From a bacterium (GTDB lineage: Bacteria; Margulisbacteria; Marinamargulisbacteria; SXXA01), in NCBI GenBank assembly GCA_010028705.1, contig RHAI01000001.1:3104-67103 (forward strand): a stretch of 64,000 nucleotides of DNA, in the 5' to 3' direction. Numbering within the stretch: the stretch's first letter is position 1; every line of letters starts with the position of its first letter. Positions 9,654 to 17,371 of the stretch are shown one piece after another. The notes below the pieces were generated by a model that saw nothing but the letters and a program-made list of their open reading frames with translations, searched no databases and was not told where the DNA came from. Made by a program: the position numbers and the translations under genes.

Positions 9654-10310
9654 CTATTTTATGCCAATCAATTTATGCGATTGGGGAATCACCCGTACGT
9701 CCGCTAATTTTTGATGAGCAAAATTGTAGGCTCTCTCAATATCCTCAATGGTCGCACGGTCTTTGATACCCCCGAACGGAGTCACGGGTTGAATTATAAA
9801 CGGCACATCCGGCGCTACCGTCGCGACAGTTTGCACCATTTTTTTGAGATCCAACACTGGAAACCCGCGGGTCAGCACCCATTTTACAAATACGTTCGGG
9901 CGTCCCCGAAGGATCGTCATAAAATCTGCAAATTCTTTATCAAATCCAGGTTTATAATCTACGGAAAAATAGGTAAATAAATCCACTACTTCTTCAAGGT
10001 GCTTCGGTAAGGTCCCATTGGTTTCCAAATAAGCCGGTACTGGGATATGAGGCAATAGTTCTTTAATTGCGGCCACCTGAATCAGCGGCTCGCCTCCCGT
10101 TATTGATATCGAATGGGGGTTTTTCTGAATCAATGGGTGAAGCTCGTCGAGCACTTTTTCTAACGTGTAGGGTTTACGCTGATGGATAAAATCAGGTTCA
10201 TCGCAATACTCGCAATGGATATTACATCCATAAAACCGAAGAAAAATTTGGGGATACCCGATAAAGGGGCCTTCCCCCTGAAAACTATAAAAAATATCTT
10301 TAATGTACAT
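9654..10310 (-). CDS. queE: Radical SAM 7-carboxy-7-deazaguanine synthase (QueE-like)
   Basis: A 218 aa ORF. Its N-terminus (MYIKDIFYSFQGEGPFIGYPQIFLRFYGCNIHCEYCDEPD) matches the QueE signature IFxSxQGEG...FxRxxGCNLxCxYCDT, including the Cx3CxxC cluster. Its start overlaps the upstream helicase stop by 1 nt. Confidence 0.65.
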   Translation of the reverse strand: MYIKDIFYSFQGEGPFIGYPQIFLRFYGCNIHCEYCDEPDFIHQRKPYTLEKVLDELHPLIQKNPHSISITGGEPLIQVAAIKELLPHIPVPAYLETNGTLPKHLEEVVDLFTYFSVDYKPGFDKEFADFMTILRGRPNVFVKWVLTRGFPVLDLKKMVQTVATVAPDVPFIIQPVTPFGGIKDRATIEDIERAYNFAHQKLADVRVIPQSHKLIGIK

Positions 10311-12436
10311 TAGAGTCGTTTGACATCGGCGTATTTCGCCATCACCTTCCGGGTGTGATCCGTAAATTGAATATTAAGCACTAGTTTGTCCTCTGAGCCT
10401 TCGATGGATTGAACGATCCCTTTCCCCCATTGCCCGTGGTCAATCCATTCACCCACGGTGAACTCCTGAAACGACTTCCCGCCACCGGACCCGCCCGTGG
10501 GGGTCCAATTATCAAGCGTATTTCCATTCATTTCGACCCAGCGAGTGAGGCCGGTACGCTGGGAATCTGTCACCGATTCGGACACCATGGCCCCCACACA
10601 CTGGGACGGCCATTCATACGCAAACCGAGACAGTTGGGTCGGCTGATCATGCGCCACATGACGCTGAAATGATGCACACAACGACAGATGATGGGTGGCC
10701 CGGCTAATGCCCAGATACACATACCGTCGTTCTTGAGCTAACAGATCCGGGCGATCGATAGCTGAACCGTGTGGCAAGGTCCCCTCTTCAAACCCAGGAA
10801 TAAACACGCATCGGAATCGACGGCTTTTGGATGATTTAAGTGGCATTAATGTGACGGCGTCACCCGACGTAGGGGCATCATCACTGAGTTGCTGAGTCGT
10901 CACCTGAGTGAACACCTGATCGACGGTCCACTCGTTCTCGATGGCGGCATCGATAAACTCGTCAATCGATTGAAGTTGGTCCAAGGATTCAAGCGTGTTT
11001 TCTTCATCCAGGAGCGATCGATACCCACTGTCCCGTGCGATATTATCCAACACGACCCCGGCTAAAATGTCGGGATTTTCTTTAATTTCGGCCTCCCAAT
11101 GAGTGAGCAAATCCACGAGACCTAAGATTTTAGGCTGAACCAAATCGGATAGGCGATCCGTATCTTGCAGGTCAAAGACACCGTCCGAATGCGTGGGCAT
11201 ACACGTTAGCACCGTCGAAATCTCGGGTTCGGTCAGTTGAAATGGCGCTATCGACAACAACTGCGCCAACGCCTGACGATCACAGGGGTTCATCAACAAG
11301 CGCAGATATAACATTAAATCTCGAATTTCACTGTGACCAAAGGGGGTGTGACGTCCCATACTGCGGAGCCGAATCGCGTGTAATCGCAACTGCTCTTCAA
11401 GATACACGGCGTGAGACCCCGCACGATACAAAATACAAAAATCGTTATACGACCACCGTTTTTCCCGACGCATCGATTCAATCGTCTGTAAAATATACTG
11501 GCTTTCCTCCAGTTCACTGGCCGTCACCATCACCGTCACTTTATCCGTTTCCTGTGAAACATCCGCCACAGGTTGGGGAGATGTGGATAATGCATTGACG
11601 AGAGTATTTATGACTGGTGTTCGGCCCCACAACTCCAGCAACTCGATGGTGTGCATCCCTGGGACCGTCGCCAAATCTGTGAAGGGGTCATAGCCATCCA
11701 TCGTCTCATCGGATATCCGCTGCCCCGGGTCGATGGCAACCGTGACATGTATCCCCGCGTCCACCGCCTCACGAATCAGCTGGACCGCTACGGGCGACAG
11801 GTCTTCCCCATGATCAATAAGCCAGACGGGATGGTCATCGGCCATGCGTTGCCGAATATCCGGAGCGGTTTGAAACAGCCGCAGCGTGAGGGCCAGAATG
11901 TCCTCCACGTTAATCGCATTCGATCGACGGAGATACTCCCGATACTGAGTCATCGCCAGATCGACCCGGTGAGTATCGTGCCGATCATCCGCCGTCGACG
12001 CCACATGCTGGGAGTCCCGATGAATACGCGCCACAAGATCTCGTGGCGCCAATCCAATCCCTTCGAATTGAGGATCATTTAGAATCTCGATGGCGACCCG
12101 AATCGATTCAATTGGGTCAAACACAGTAAAATGGGGCGCCAACCCCGCTAACGCCGCGTGGGATCGTAGCCACCCCAAACACACCAATTCGATACGATTA
12201 AACTGAACTTTTAGAACATCGTTCCCGACAATTTCACCGGTCCATGCCCGCCAATCGTTCAGTGCATGAGCCGACCCCGACATCGCGATCAGTGACGGGG
12301 TAGCTACGGCTTCCAGGAGATATGCGATTTTATGGGCCAACAGGGTCGTTTTACCGGTACCGGAGGCCCCAACAATCATGAGTGGCGAATCGGTATATCG
12401 GATCGCGTCGTGTTGTGTCGTCGTAAATGTCGTCAT
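10310..12436 (-). CDS. UvrD/PcrA-family helicase-like protein with a degenerate motif II
   Basis: A 708 aa ORF. The Q-motif and Walker A match UvrD (TTTQHDAI...PLMIVGASGTGKTTLL). Motif VI reads VYLGISRATHHLSL, and there is a UvrD C-terminal domain (EFTVGEWIDHGQWGKGIVQSIEG...). Where DE(F/Y)QD is expected the sequence is WLIDHGEDL. Confidence 0.7.
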   Translation of the reverse strand: MTTFTTTQHDAIRYTDSPLMIVGASGTGKTTLLAHKIAYLLEAVATPSLIAMSGSAHALNDWRAWTGEIVGNDVLKVQFNRIELVCLGWLRSHAALAGLAPHFTVFDPIESIRVAIEILNDPQFEGIGLAPRDLVARIHRDSQHVASTADDRHDTHRVDLAMTQYREYLRRSNAINVEDILALTLRLFQTAPDIRQRMADDHPVWLIDHGEDLSPVAVQLIREAVDAGIHVTVAIDPGQRISDETMDGYDPFTDLATVPGMHTIELLELWGRTPVINTLVNALSTSPQPVADVSQETDKVTVMVTASELEESQYILQTIESMRREKRWSYNDFCILYRAGSHAVYLEEQLRLHAIRLRSMGRHTPFGHSEIRDLMLYLRLLMNPCDRQALAQLLSIAPFQLTEPEISTVLTCMPTHSDGVFDLQDTDRLSDLVQPKILGLVDLLTHWEAEIKENPDILAGVVLDNIARDSGYRSLLDEENTLESLDQLQSIDEFIDAAIENEWTVDQVFTQVTTQQLSDDAPTSGDAVTLMPLKSSKSRRFRCVFIPGFEEGTLPHGSAIDRPDLLAQERRYVYLGISRATHHLSLCASFQRHVAHDQPTQLSRFAYEWPSQCVGAMVSESVTDSQRTGLTRWVEMNGNTLDNWTPTGGSGGGKSFQEFTVGEWIDHGQWGKGIVQSIEGSEDKLVLNIQFTDHTRKVMAKYADVKRL

Positions 12437-12446
12437 ATTGAGTCCT

Positions 12447-13568
12447 CTAATGTGTGAGTGGGTTGCGATTCCATCGATTGATGTGTGGGGTCCACTTCAT
12501 CGAGGATGCCCTGACCTGAAATTCCCCATCGTTTTGACCAAATTCCACCACCCCGTCCATCAAATATTTGATATTGTTCAGGGTCTGGTCGGGAACGGTA
12601 CCCTCTTCCATCAAAAATAGCGTCGTCACACCACCAAACGAAATCGCCGTTCGTGCAATCTGACTCAAAAATCGTTGAACCGAAGGCAGATCGAAGTTAA
12701 TTAATAAGCTCGAAATAGAGTCGACAACCCGACGCCCTCCCAATTTACTTTGAACGGTTTGCCCCAATTCGAAGCTTGCATCTGAAATAATCCCGGCTAA
12801 TTGATTCAATTCCAACATACCGTTTAAGGCAAATCGTTCGGACTCCGGTGCCGAAAACGTCGACCAGGAGTAGGCATCCACAAACCGGAGTAGGCATAAT
12901 GACTCGAGCTCGGTCACTGTCGTTTTAAGATCTTTATCCATAATCCGCCGAACCTGCTGCGGATTATCATCCAATGCCACAAAGAGACATCGCTCGGATC
13001 GCTGTAATCCGCTCACCATAAACTGGCGCGCAAAGGTGGATTTCCCGCTACCTACCGGACCGATCACTAAAATATTCGAGCCTTTCGGAAGACCGCCGTA
13101 CAATGCTTCATCCAACGACCCAATACCCGTCGATACGGTGTCGATATTGACTGGCTCAGCCATATCCCGTTCGCGGGGAGCCACTATCTCCGGTTTGGGT
13201 CGAAAGCGAAATAGCAAGGCTTTGGCGCGCGCCTTCAACTCTTCGATATTGAATGGTTTCGTCACGAAATCGTCAGCCCCTTCTTCAAATCCCGTGAGCT
13301 TGTTGTACTCGTCACCCAATGCCGAAATAATGATGATCGGGGTTTCCGCGATATCCGGATGAGATCGGACCGCCTTACACACCTCAAAGCCGGTCTTTTT
13401 AGGCATAATTATATCGGTGATAATCAAATCTGGACGTTCCCGAAGCGCCACTTCGATGGCCTCGTCACCGTCACTGGCGGTCACCACATCCATTCCAATG
13501 TCTTTGAATACCATCTCCGTCAACATCAGAACATGATATTCATCGTCAGCAATCAAGATTTTTGTCAT
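12447..13568 (-). CDS. Response-regulator receiver domain fused to a KaiC/RadA-like RecA-superfamily ATPase
   Basis: Start chosen at MTKILIADDEY. The longer ORF to 13655 would overlap the upstream gene. The REC domain reads ILIADDE...DLIITDIIMPKKTGFEVCKAVR. The KaiC-like domain has GIGSLDEALYGGLPKGSNILVIGPVGSGKSTFARQF. Confidence 0.7.
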   Translation of the reverse strand: MTKILIADDEYHVLMLTEMVFKDIGMDVVTASDGDEAIEVALRERPDLIITDIIMPKKTGFEVCKAVRSHPDIAETPIIIISALGDEYNKLTGFEEGADDFVTKPFNIEELKARAKALLFRFRPKPEIVAPRERDMAEPVNIDTVSTGIGSLDEALYGGLPKGSNILVIGPVGSGKSTFARQFMVSGLQRSERCLFVALDDNPQQVRRIMDKDLKTTVTELESLCLLRFVDAYSWSTFSAPESERFALNGMLELNQLAGIISDASFELGQTVQSKLGGRRVVDSISSLLINFDLPSVQRFLSQIARTAISFGGVTTLFLMEEGTVPDQTLNNIKYLMDGVVEFGQNDGEFQVRASSMKWTPHINRWNRNPLTH

Positions 13569-13575
13569 GCTACCC

Positions 13576-14316
13576 TCATATCGGCTGCCGCAATACAATG
13601 CCGCGTTGAGGCAAAATCTCAAACGAAAATTCTGACAAATCCACTCGCGTTCCACGCATCTTTTTTACCCGGACCGTTCGAATGTACTTGGTGTTTAGTT
13701 TGGTTAACTTCAAAATTATGATACCCGACGCCGCAAATTCCTCGATTCCATGGTGGCTAACCTTGTCACTACCGACCGGGGAATACGATGTCAGAAGAGT
13801 GGTGCAATCCGAAATATCTTCGATTGCAAAAATAAGCCGACGAATATACTCAGTAATCTCGGGAATATGCCGCTCAGAAAAAATAAGTGGCGCCACCGGA
13901 TCTATCACTAAACGGGTGGCCTTGAAGTCTTTGACATACCCCAGAACCTCTAAAATAATTCGATCAATATCGATCCCTGATGTTCCCATCTGGGCAGATG
14001 AAAAGTGGCTTGTCACATCAATAATCCGAAGCATCCCCTGTTCAAGATAGGTCTGCAATGACCATCCCAATGCCTCGGCATCGGCGATCACATGTTCGGG
14101 TTTTTCGTCGATCGAAATGTAAATTACACGCTCACCCAACCGAAGACCCTCCAGTAAAAACTGGAGTGTAAAAATGGTTTTACCCGCCCCGGGCTCACCG
14201 GCGACTAAATAGGATCGCCCCTTCGGAAACCCTCCGAATAATAATTGATCGAACCCTTCGACTCCACTACTCACTTTTAACATCGGCATAGGGTTCCAAT
14301 TTACAGTGATCGACAA
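13576..14316 (-). CDS. Single-domain KaiC-like (RecA-superfamily) ATPase
   Basis: A 246 aa ORF with SSGVEGFDQLLFGGFPKGRSYLVAGEPGAGKTIFTLQFLLEG and a C-terminal KKMRGTRVDLSEFSFEILPQRGIVL typical of the KaiC/Rad55 family. An alternative internal start (MPMLK) is possible. There is a 7-nt gap to the downstream REC-KaiC gene. Confidence 0.7.
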   Translation of the reverse strand: MSITVNWNPMPMLKVSSGVEGFDQLLFGGFPKGRSYLVAGEPGAGKTIFTLQFLLEGLRLGERVIYISIDEKPEHVIADAEALGWSLQTYLEQGMLRIIDVTSHFSSAQMGTSGIDIDRIILEVLGYVKDFKATRLVIDPVAPLIFSERHIPEITEYIRRLIFAIEDISDCTTLLTSYSPVGSDKVSHHGIEEFAASGIIILKLTKLNTKYIRTVRVKKMRGTRVDLSEFSFEILPQRGIVLRQPI

Positions 14317-14891
14317 AACTGCTCAATATGCGTCCGTGCCTTCGCCAATGCACGACTTCGATGACTGAGGCTATTTTTTTCCTCTGGCCCCATCTCAGCA
14401 AACGTCCGGTGATGCCCCTCAGGTATAAAGATAGGGTCATATCCAAATCCATCATCCCCCCGGATTTCACGGGTGATAGTTCCGTCGACACAGCCATCAA
14501 CGGTGACAATGGATTGATCCGGAAAACGGAGTGCGATGACGCATCGAAACCGAGCCCGTCGGTCGTGATTATCGGCAAGTTCATCGAGAATCTTTCGACA
14601 CATATCGGTCCCAGTCGCCTGAGGTCCCGCATACCGCGCGGAATGTACCCCGGGGGCCCCCTGTAATCCATCGACTTCAAGGCCCGAATCGTCGGCCAGT
14701 AGGATCACCCCGGATCGAATCGGCCAGGCGGCTAATTTTTTAATGGCATTCGACGCAAAAGTATCCCCATCTTCGAGCGCTGAATGTCGATGACCGTATT
14801 CATGGCTAAAGGAAACCACCTCACATCCGGAAAGAATCGTTTGAATCTCGGATACTTTATGACCATTATCACTGGCAACGACAATACGCAT
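14301..14891 (-). CDS. rdgB: Non-canonical purine NTP pyrophosphatase (RdgB/Ham1, dITP/XTPase)
   Basis: A 196 aa ORF: MRIVVASDNGHKVSEI...FGYDPIFIPEGHHRTFAEMGPEEKNSLSHRSRA. Its start shares one nucleotide with the relA stop. Confidence 0.8.
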   Translation of the reverse strand: MRIVVASDNGHKVSEIQTILSGCEVVSFSHEYGHRHSALEDGDTFASNAIKKLAAWPIRSGVILLADDSGLEVDGLQGAPGVHSARYAGPQATGTDMCRKILDELADNHDRRARFRCVIALRFPDQSIVTVDGCVDGTITREIRGDDGFGYDPIFIPEGHHRTFAEMGPEEKNSLSHRSRALAKARTHIEQFCRSL

Positions 14892-17059
14892 TACTTGGCC
14901 AATCTCTGAATAGAATATACATCGGCAATTTGAGCCAACGCCTGACGAATCACGTTAATATGTTGAACGTCCCGAATATCAACGGTTACGGTCGCTTTCA
15001 TCCGCCCACCTGTCCGTGCGGTCTTGGTTCGAATTTCCTGAATATTTGTTTTGGTATTGGTGATCCGATGAATAATATCCTCCAAGATTCCGATCCGATC
15101 AAACGCCTCAATCTGAAGGCTAGCGCGAAAGGTTTTATCGCGAGATGACAGCACCCATTCAACCGCCACTAATCGGGCGCGATCATCATCAGGTACCGAC
15201 AAAATATTGGCACAATCGGGACGGTGCACCGCCACACCACGCCCGGTGGTGACATAGCCGACAATTGGATCTCCGGGCACCGGGCTACAGCACCGAGGCA
15301 GTGTCACCAAGACGTTGGTTTCGCCCATAACCTTAATTGATTCGATGCCGGTTCGCCGGGATTGTTTCGCCGACGGGGGAGCAAAGGGTGCCGAGGTCGA
15401 TGAAATGTCGATTTTGAGCAATCGCTCTAAGACGCGCTCAATATCGCGCGTCGACAAGTCTCCCTCGGCCAACGCCAAGTACACATCGTCCGGGCGACTA
15501 TAGTCCAATTGCCGCACGAGCTGATCGGTAAATTCACGGGTCAACACATCTTTGGGTACGAATCCCAAAAAGACCAAGAGTCGCTCAAGTTTTTCACGCC
15601 CACGCTCGATGATTTCCGACTGATTTTGACGTTTAAACCATTGCTTTATTTTGGACTTAGCTTGCCGAGTTTGAACCACGTTCAACCAATCCAACTTTGG
15701 ACTTGGCGTTTTAGACGTCAATATTTCGATTCGATCGCCGCTTCGAAGACGATAATTGGTATTTACGATTTGACCGTTTATTTTGGCACCGACATACGAA
15801 TGGCCAATTTCGGAATGGATTTTATACGCAAAGTCCAATGGGGTGGCACCCTTTGGCAACACCTGGACATCACCTTTGGGAGTAAAAATAAACACCTCAT
15901 CAATAAACAAATCGAGTTTGAGGTTTTGCAGAAATTCTTTAGGGGCCCCGCCTTCTTTTTCGGTTTCTAATATCTGCCGTAGCCACGCAAAGTCTCCATC
16001 GAAATGACCGCGAGTATCCCCCTCTTTGTACCGCCAATGAGCCGCGATGCCATATTCGGCAATTTGATGCATTTCCTTAGTTCGAATTTGAATTTCGACC
16101 GGACGCCCCAACTTTCCGATAACGGTTGTATGGAGACTCTGATACAAATTGCTTTTGGGCATCGCAATATAATCCTTAAATCGTCCAGCCAACGGTTTGT
16201 ACATCGAGTGGACAACCCCTAAAACGGCATAACAGTCCTGCAACGACTCAACAATGATCCGAACTCCCAATGTGTCAAAGAGCTCGTCGTAACTCAAATT
16301 CTGTGACACCAATTTTTTGTAAATACTAAAAAAATGCTTGGGACGCCCATAGATTTTGGCCGTAATCCCGGCGCGGTTAATTAAAGGTGCTAAATCATCG
16401 ATGACGGTTTGAACAACGGCTTCCCGCTCATCCCGCTTGAGCGCTACTAACTTTTTAATCCTCTGAAACTCTTCATGCTGGAGGTAGTAGAACGAATAAT
16501 CTTCAAGTTCCCACTTTAAGGACCACATTCCCAACCGATGAGCCAATGGCGAAAAAATCTCACTGGTTTCCCTCGAAATTAAGATTTGCTTCTCTTTGGA
16601 CAAATGTTTCAAGGTTCGCATGTTATGGAGTCGATCGGCCAATTTGATAATCACCACGCGGATATCCTGGGCCATCGCCAAAAACATCTTTCGAAAATTT
16701 TCGGCTTGCTCGTCCTCTTTTGACTCAAAATAAATCTTACCCAATTTGGTCACCCCTTCGACCAAAAGATAGATATCCTCGCCAAAGAATTGGGTGATTT
16801 GATCGCGCGTCGCGCCAGTATCTTCGACGGTATCGTGGAGCAAACCGGCAGCGACCGTCGCTGGATCTTGCTGCAAATCGGCTAAAATGTACGCGACTTC
16901 AACCGGATGAATAATATACGGATCGCCCGATTTTCGCTGCTGGGGTGCATGTGCATCGCGTGCAAATTCGTAGGCACGTTGGACCAACTGAACCGATTCA
17001 TCCGGCATATATCGGGAAACTAGATCCATCAATTCCTCGACCGAGTGCTCCAAACGCAT
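14891..17059 (-). CDS. relA/spoT: Bifunctional (p)ppGpp synthetase/hydrolase (RelA/SpoT family)
   Basis: A 722 aa ORF with an HD hydrolase domain (HPVEVAYILADL...HDTVEDT), a synthetase domain (RPKHFFSIYKK...YQSLHTTV), a TGS domain and a C-terminal ACT domain. Confidence 0.9.
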   Translation of the reverse strand: MRLEHSVEELMDLVSRYMPDESVQLVQRAYEFARDAHAPQQRKSGDPYIIHPVEVAYILADLQQDPATVAAGLLHDTVEDTGATRDQITQFFGEDIYLLVEGVTKLGKIYFESKEDEQAENFRKMFLAMAQDIRVVIIKLADRLHNMRTLKHLSKEKQILISRETSEIFSPLAHRLGMWSLKWELEDYSFYYLQHEEFQRIKKLVALKRDEREAVVQTVIDDLAPLINRAGITAKIYGRPKHFFSIYKKLVSQNLSYDELFDTLGVRIIVESLQDCYAVLGVVHSMYKPLAGRFKDYIAMPKSNLYQSLHTTVIGKLGRPVEIQIRTKEMHQIAEYGIAAHWRYKEGDTRGHFDGDFAWLRQILETEKEGGAPKEFLQNLKLDLFIDEVFIFTPKGDVQVLPKGATPLDFAYKIHSEIGHSYVGAKINGQIVNTNYRLRSGDRIEILTSKTPSPKLDWLNVVQTRQAKSKIKQWFKRQNQSEIIERGREKLERLLVFLGFVPKDVLTREFTDQLVRQLDYSRPDDVYLALAEGDLSTRDIERVLERLLKIDISSTSAPFAPPSAKQSRRTGIESIKVMGETNVLVTLPRCCSPVPGDPIVGYVTTGRGVAVHRPDCANILSVPDDDRARLVAVEWVLSSRDKTFRASLQIEAFDRIGILEDIIHRITNTKTNIQEIRTKTARTGGRMKATVTVDIRDVQHINVIRQALAQIADVYSIQRLAK

Positions 17060-17371
17060 GGATAAATACTAACTTAATTTTATAAACAAAGGTACCAGTT
17101 CGACGCGATGGACCATCGGGCAATTCAATCGCGACTAAATCGACCGAACGACTCGACTATCTTTAACGTTTGTGATCTTAAGGGTACACTATGGTCCAGA
17201 ATTTGGGACTGTTCCGATAACCAACTTTGGTTCAATCGCGAGTGGAATACATGCCCAACGGAGCGGTTACTCACTCACCACTGTGGCGCCAGTTGCGGGC
17301 CGTTGAGAGAGACCTTGTTTCGCCGAGTCCATGTGTACCCCTCGCTAAGATTTTTATTAAGGTGAGACACC

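Noticed and set aside
9654-10310. Radical SAM protein as a prokaryotic viperin or an anaerobic RNR activase (defence or NrdG function)
   Set aside because: The N-terminal FQGEG...GCNIHCEYCD signature and the ~215-aa size fit QueE far better than viperin (CNYxCxFC, ~300 aa) or NrdG. No nrdD is nearby. No other Dpd or queuosine genes were seen, so only a QueE-family call is made.
12378-14050. Various plus-strand ORFs (12378-12620, 13036-13362, 13359-13721, 13682-14050) across the KaiC-like genes
   Set aside because: They are antisense to strongly motif-supported minus-strand genes with Walker A and REC domains, and are treated as shadow ORFs.
17108-17365. 85-aa plus-strand ORF in the gcvP leader
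   Set aside because: It has no SD and its composition is unlike neighbouring genes. It overlaps the presumed regulatory leader, so it is considered spurious.
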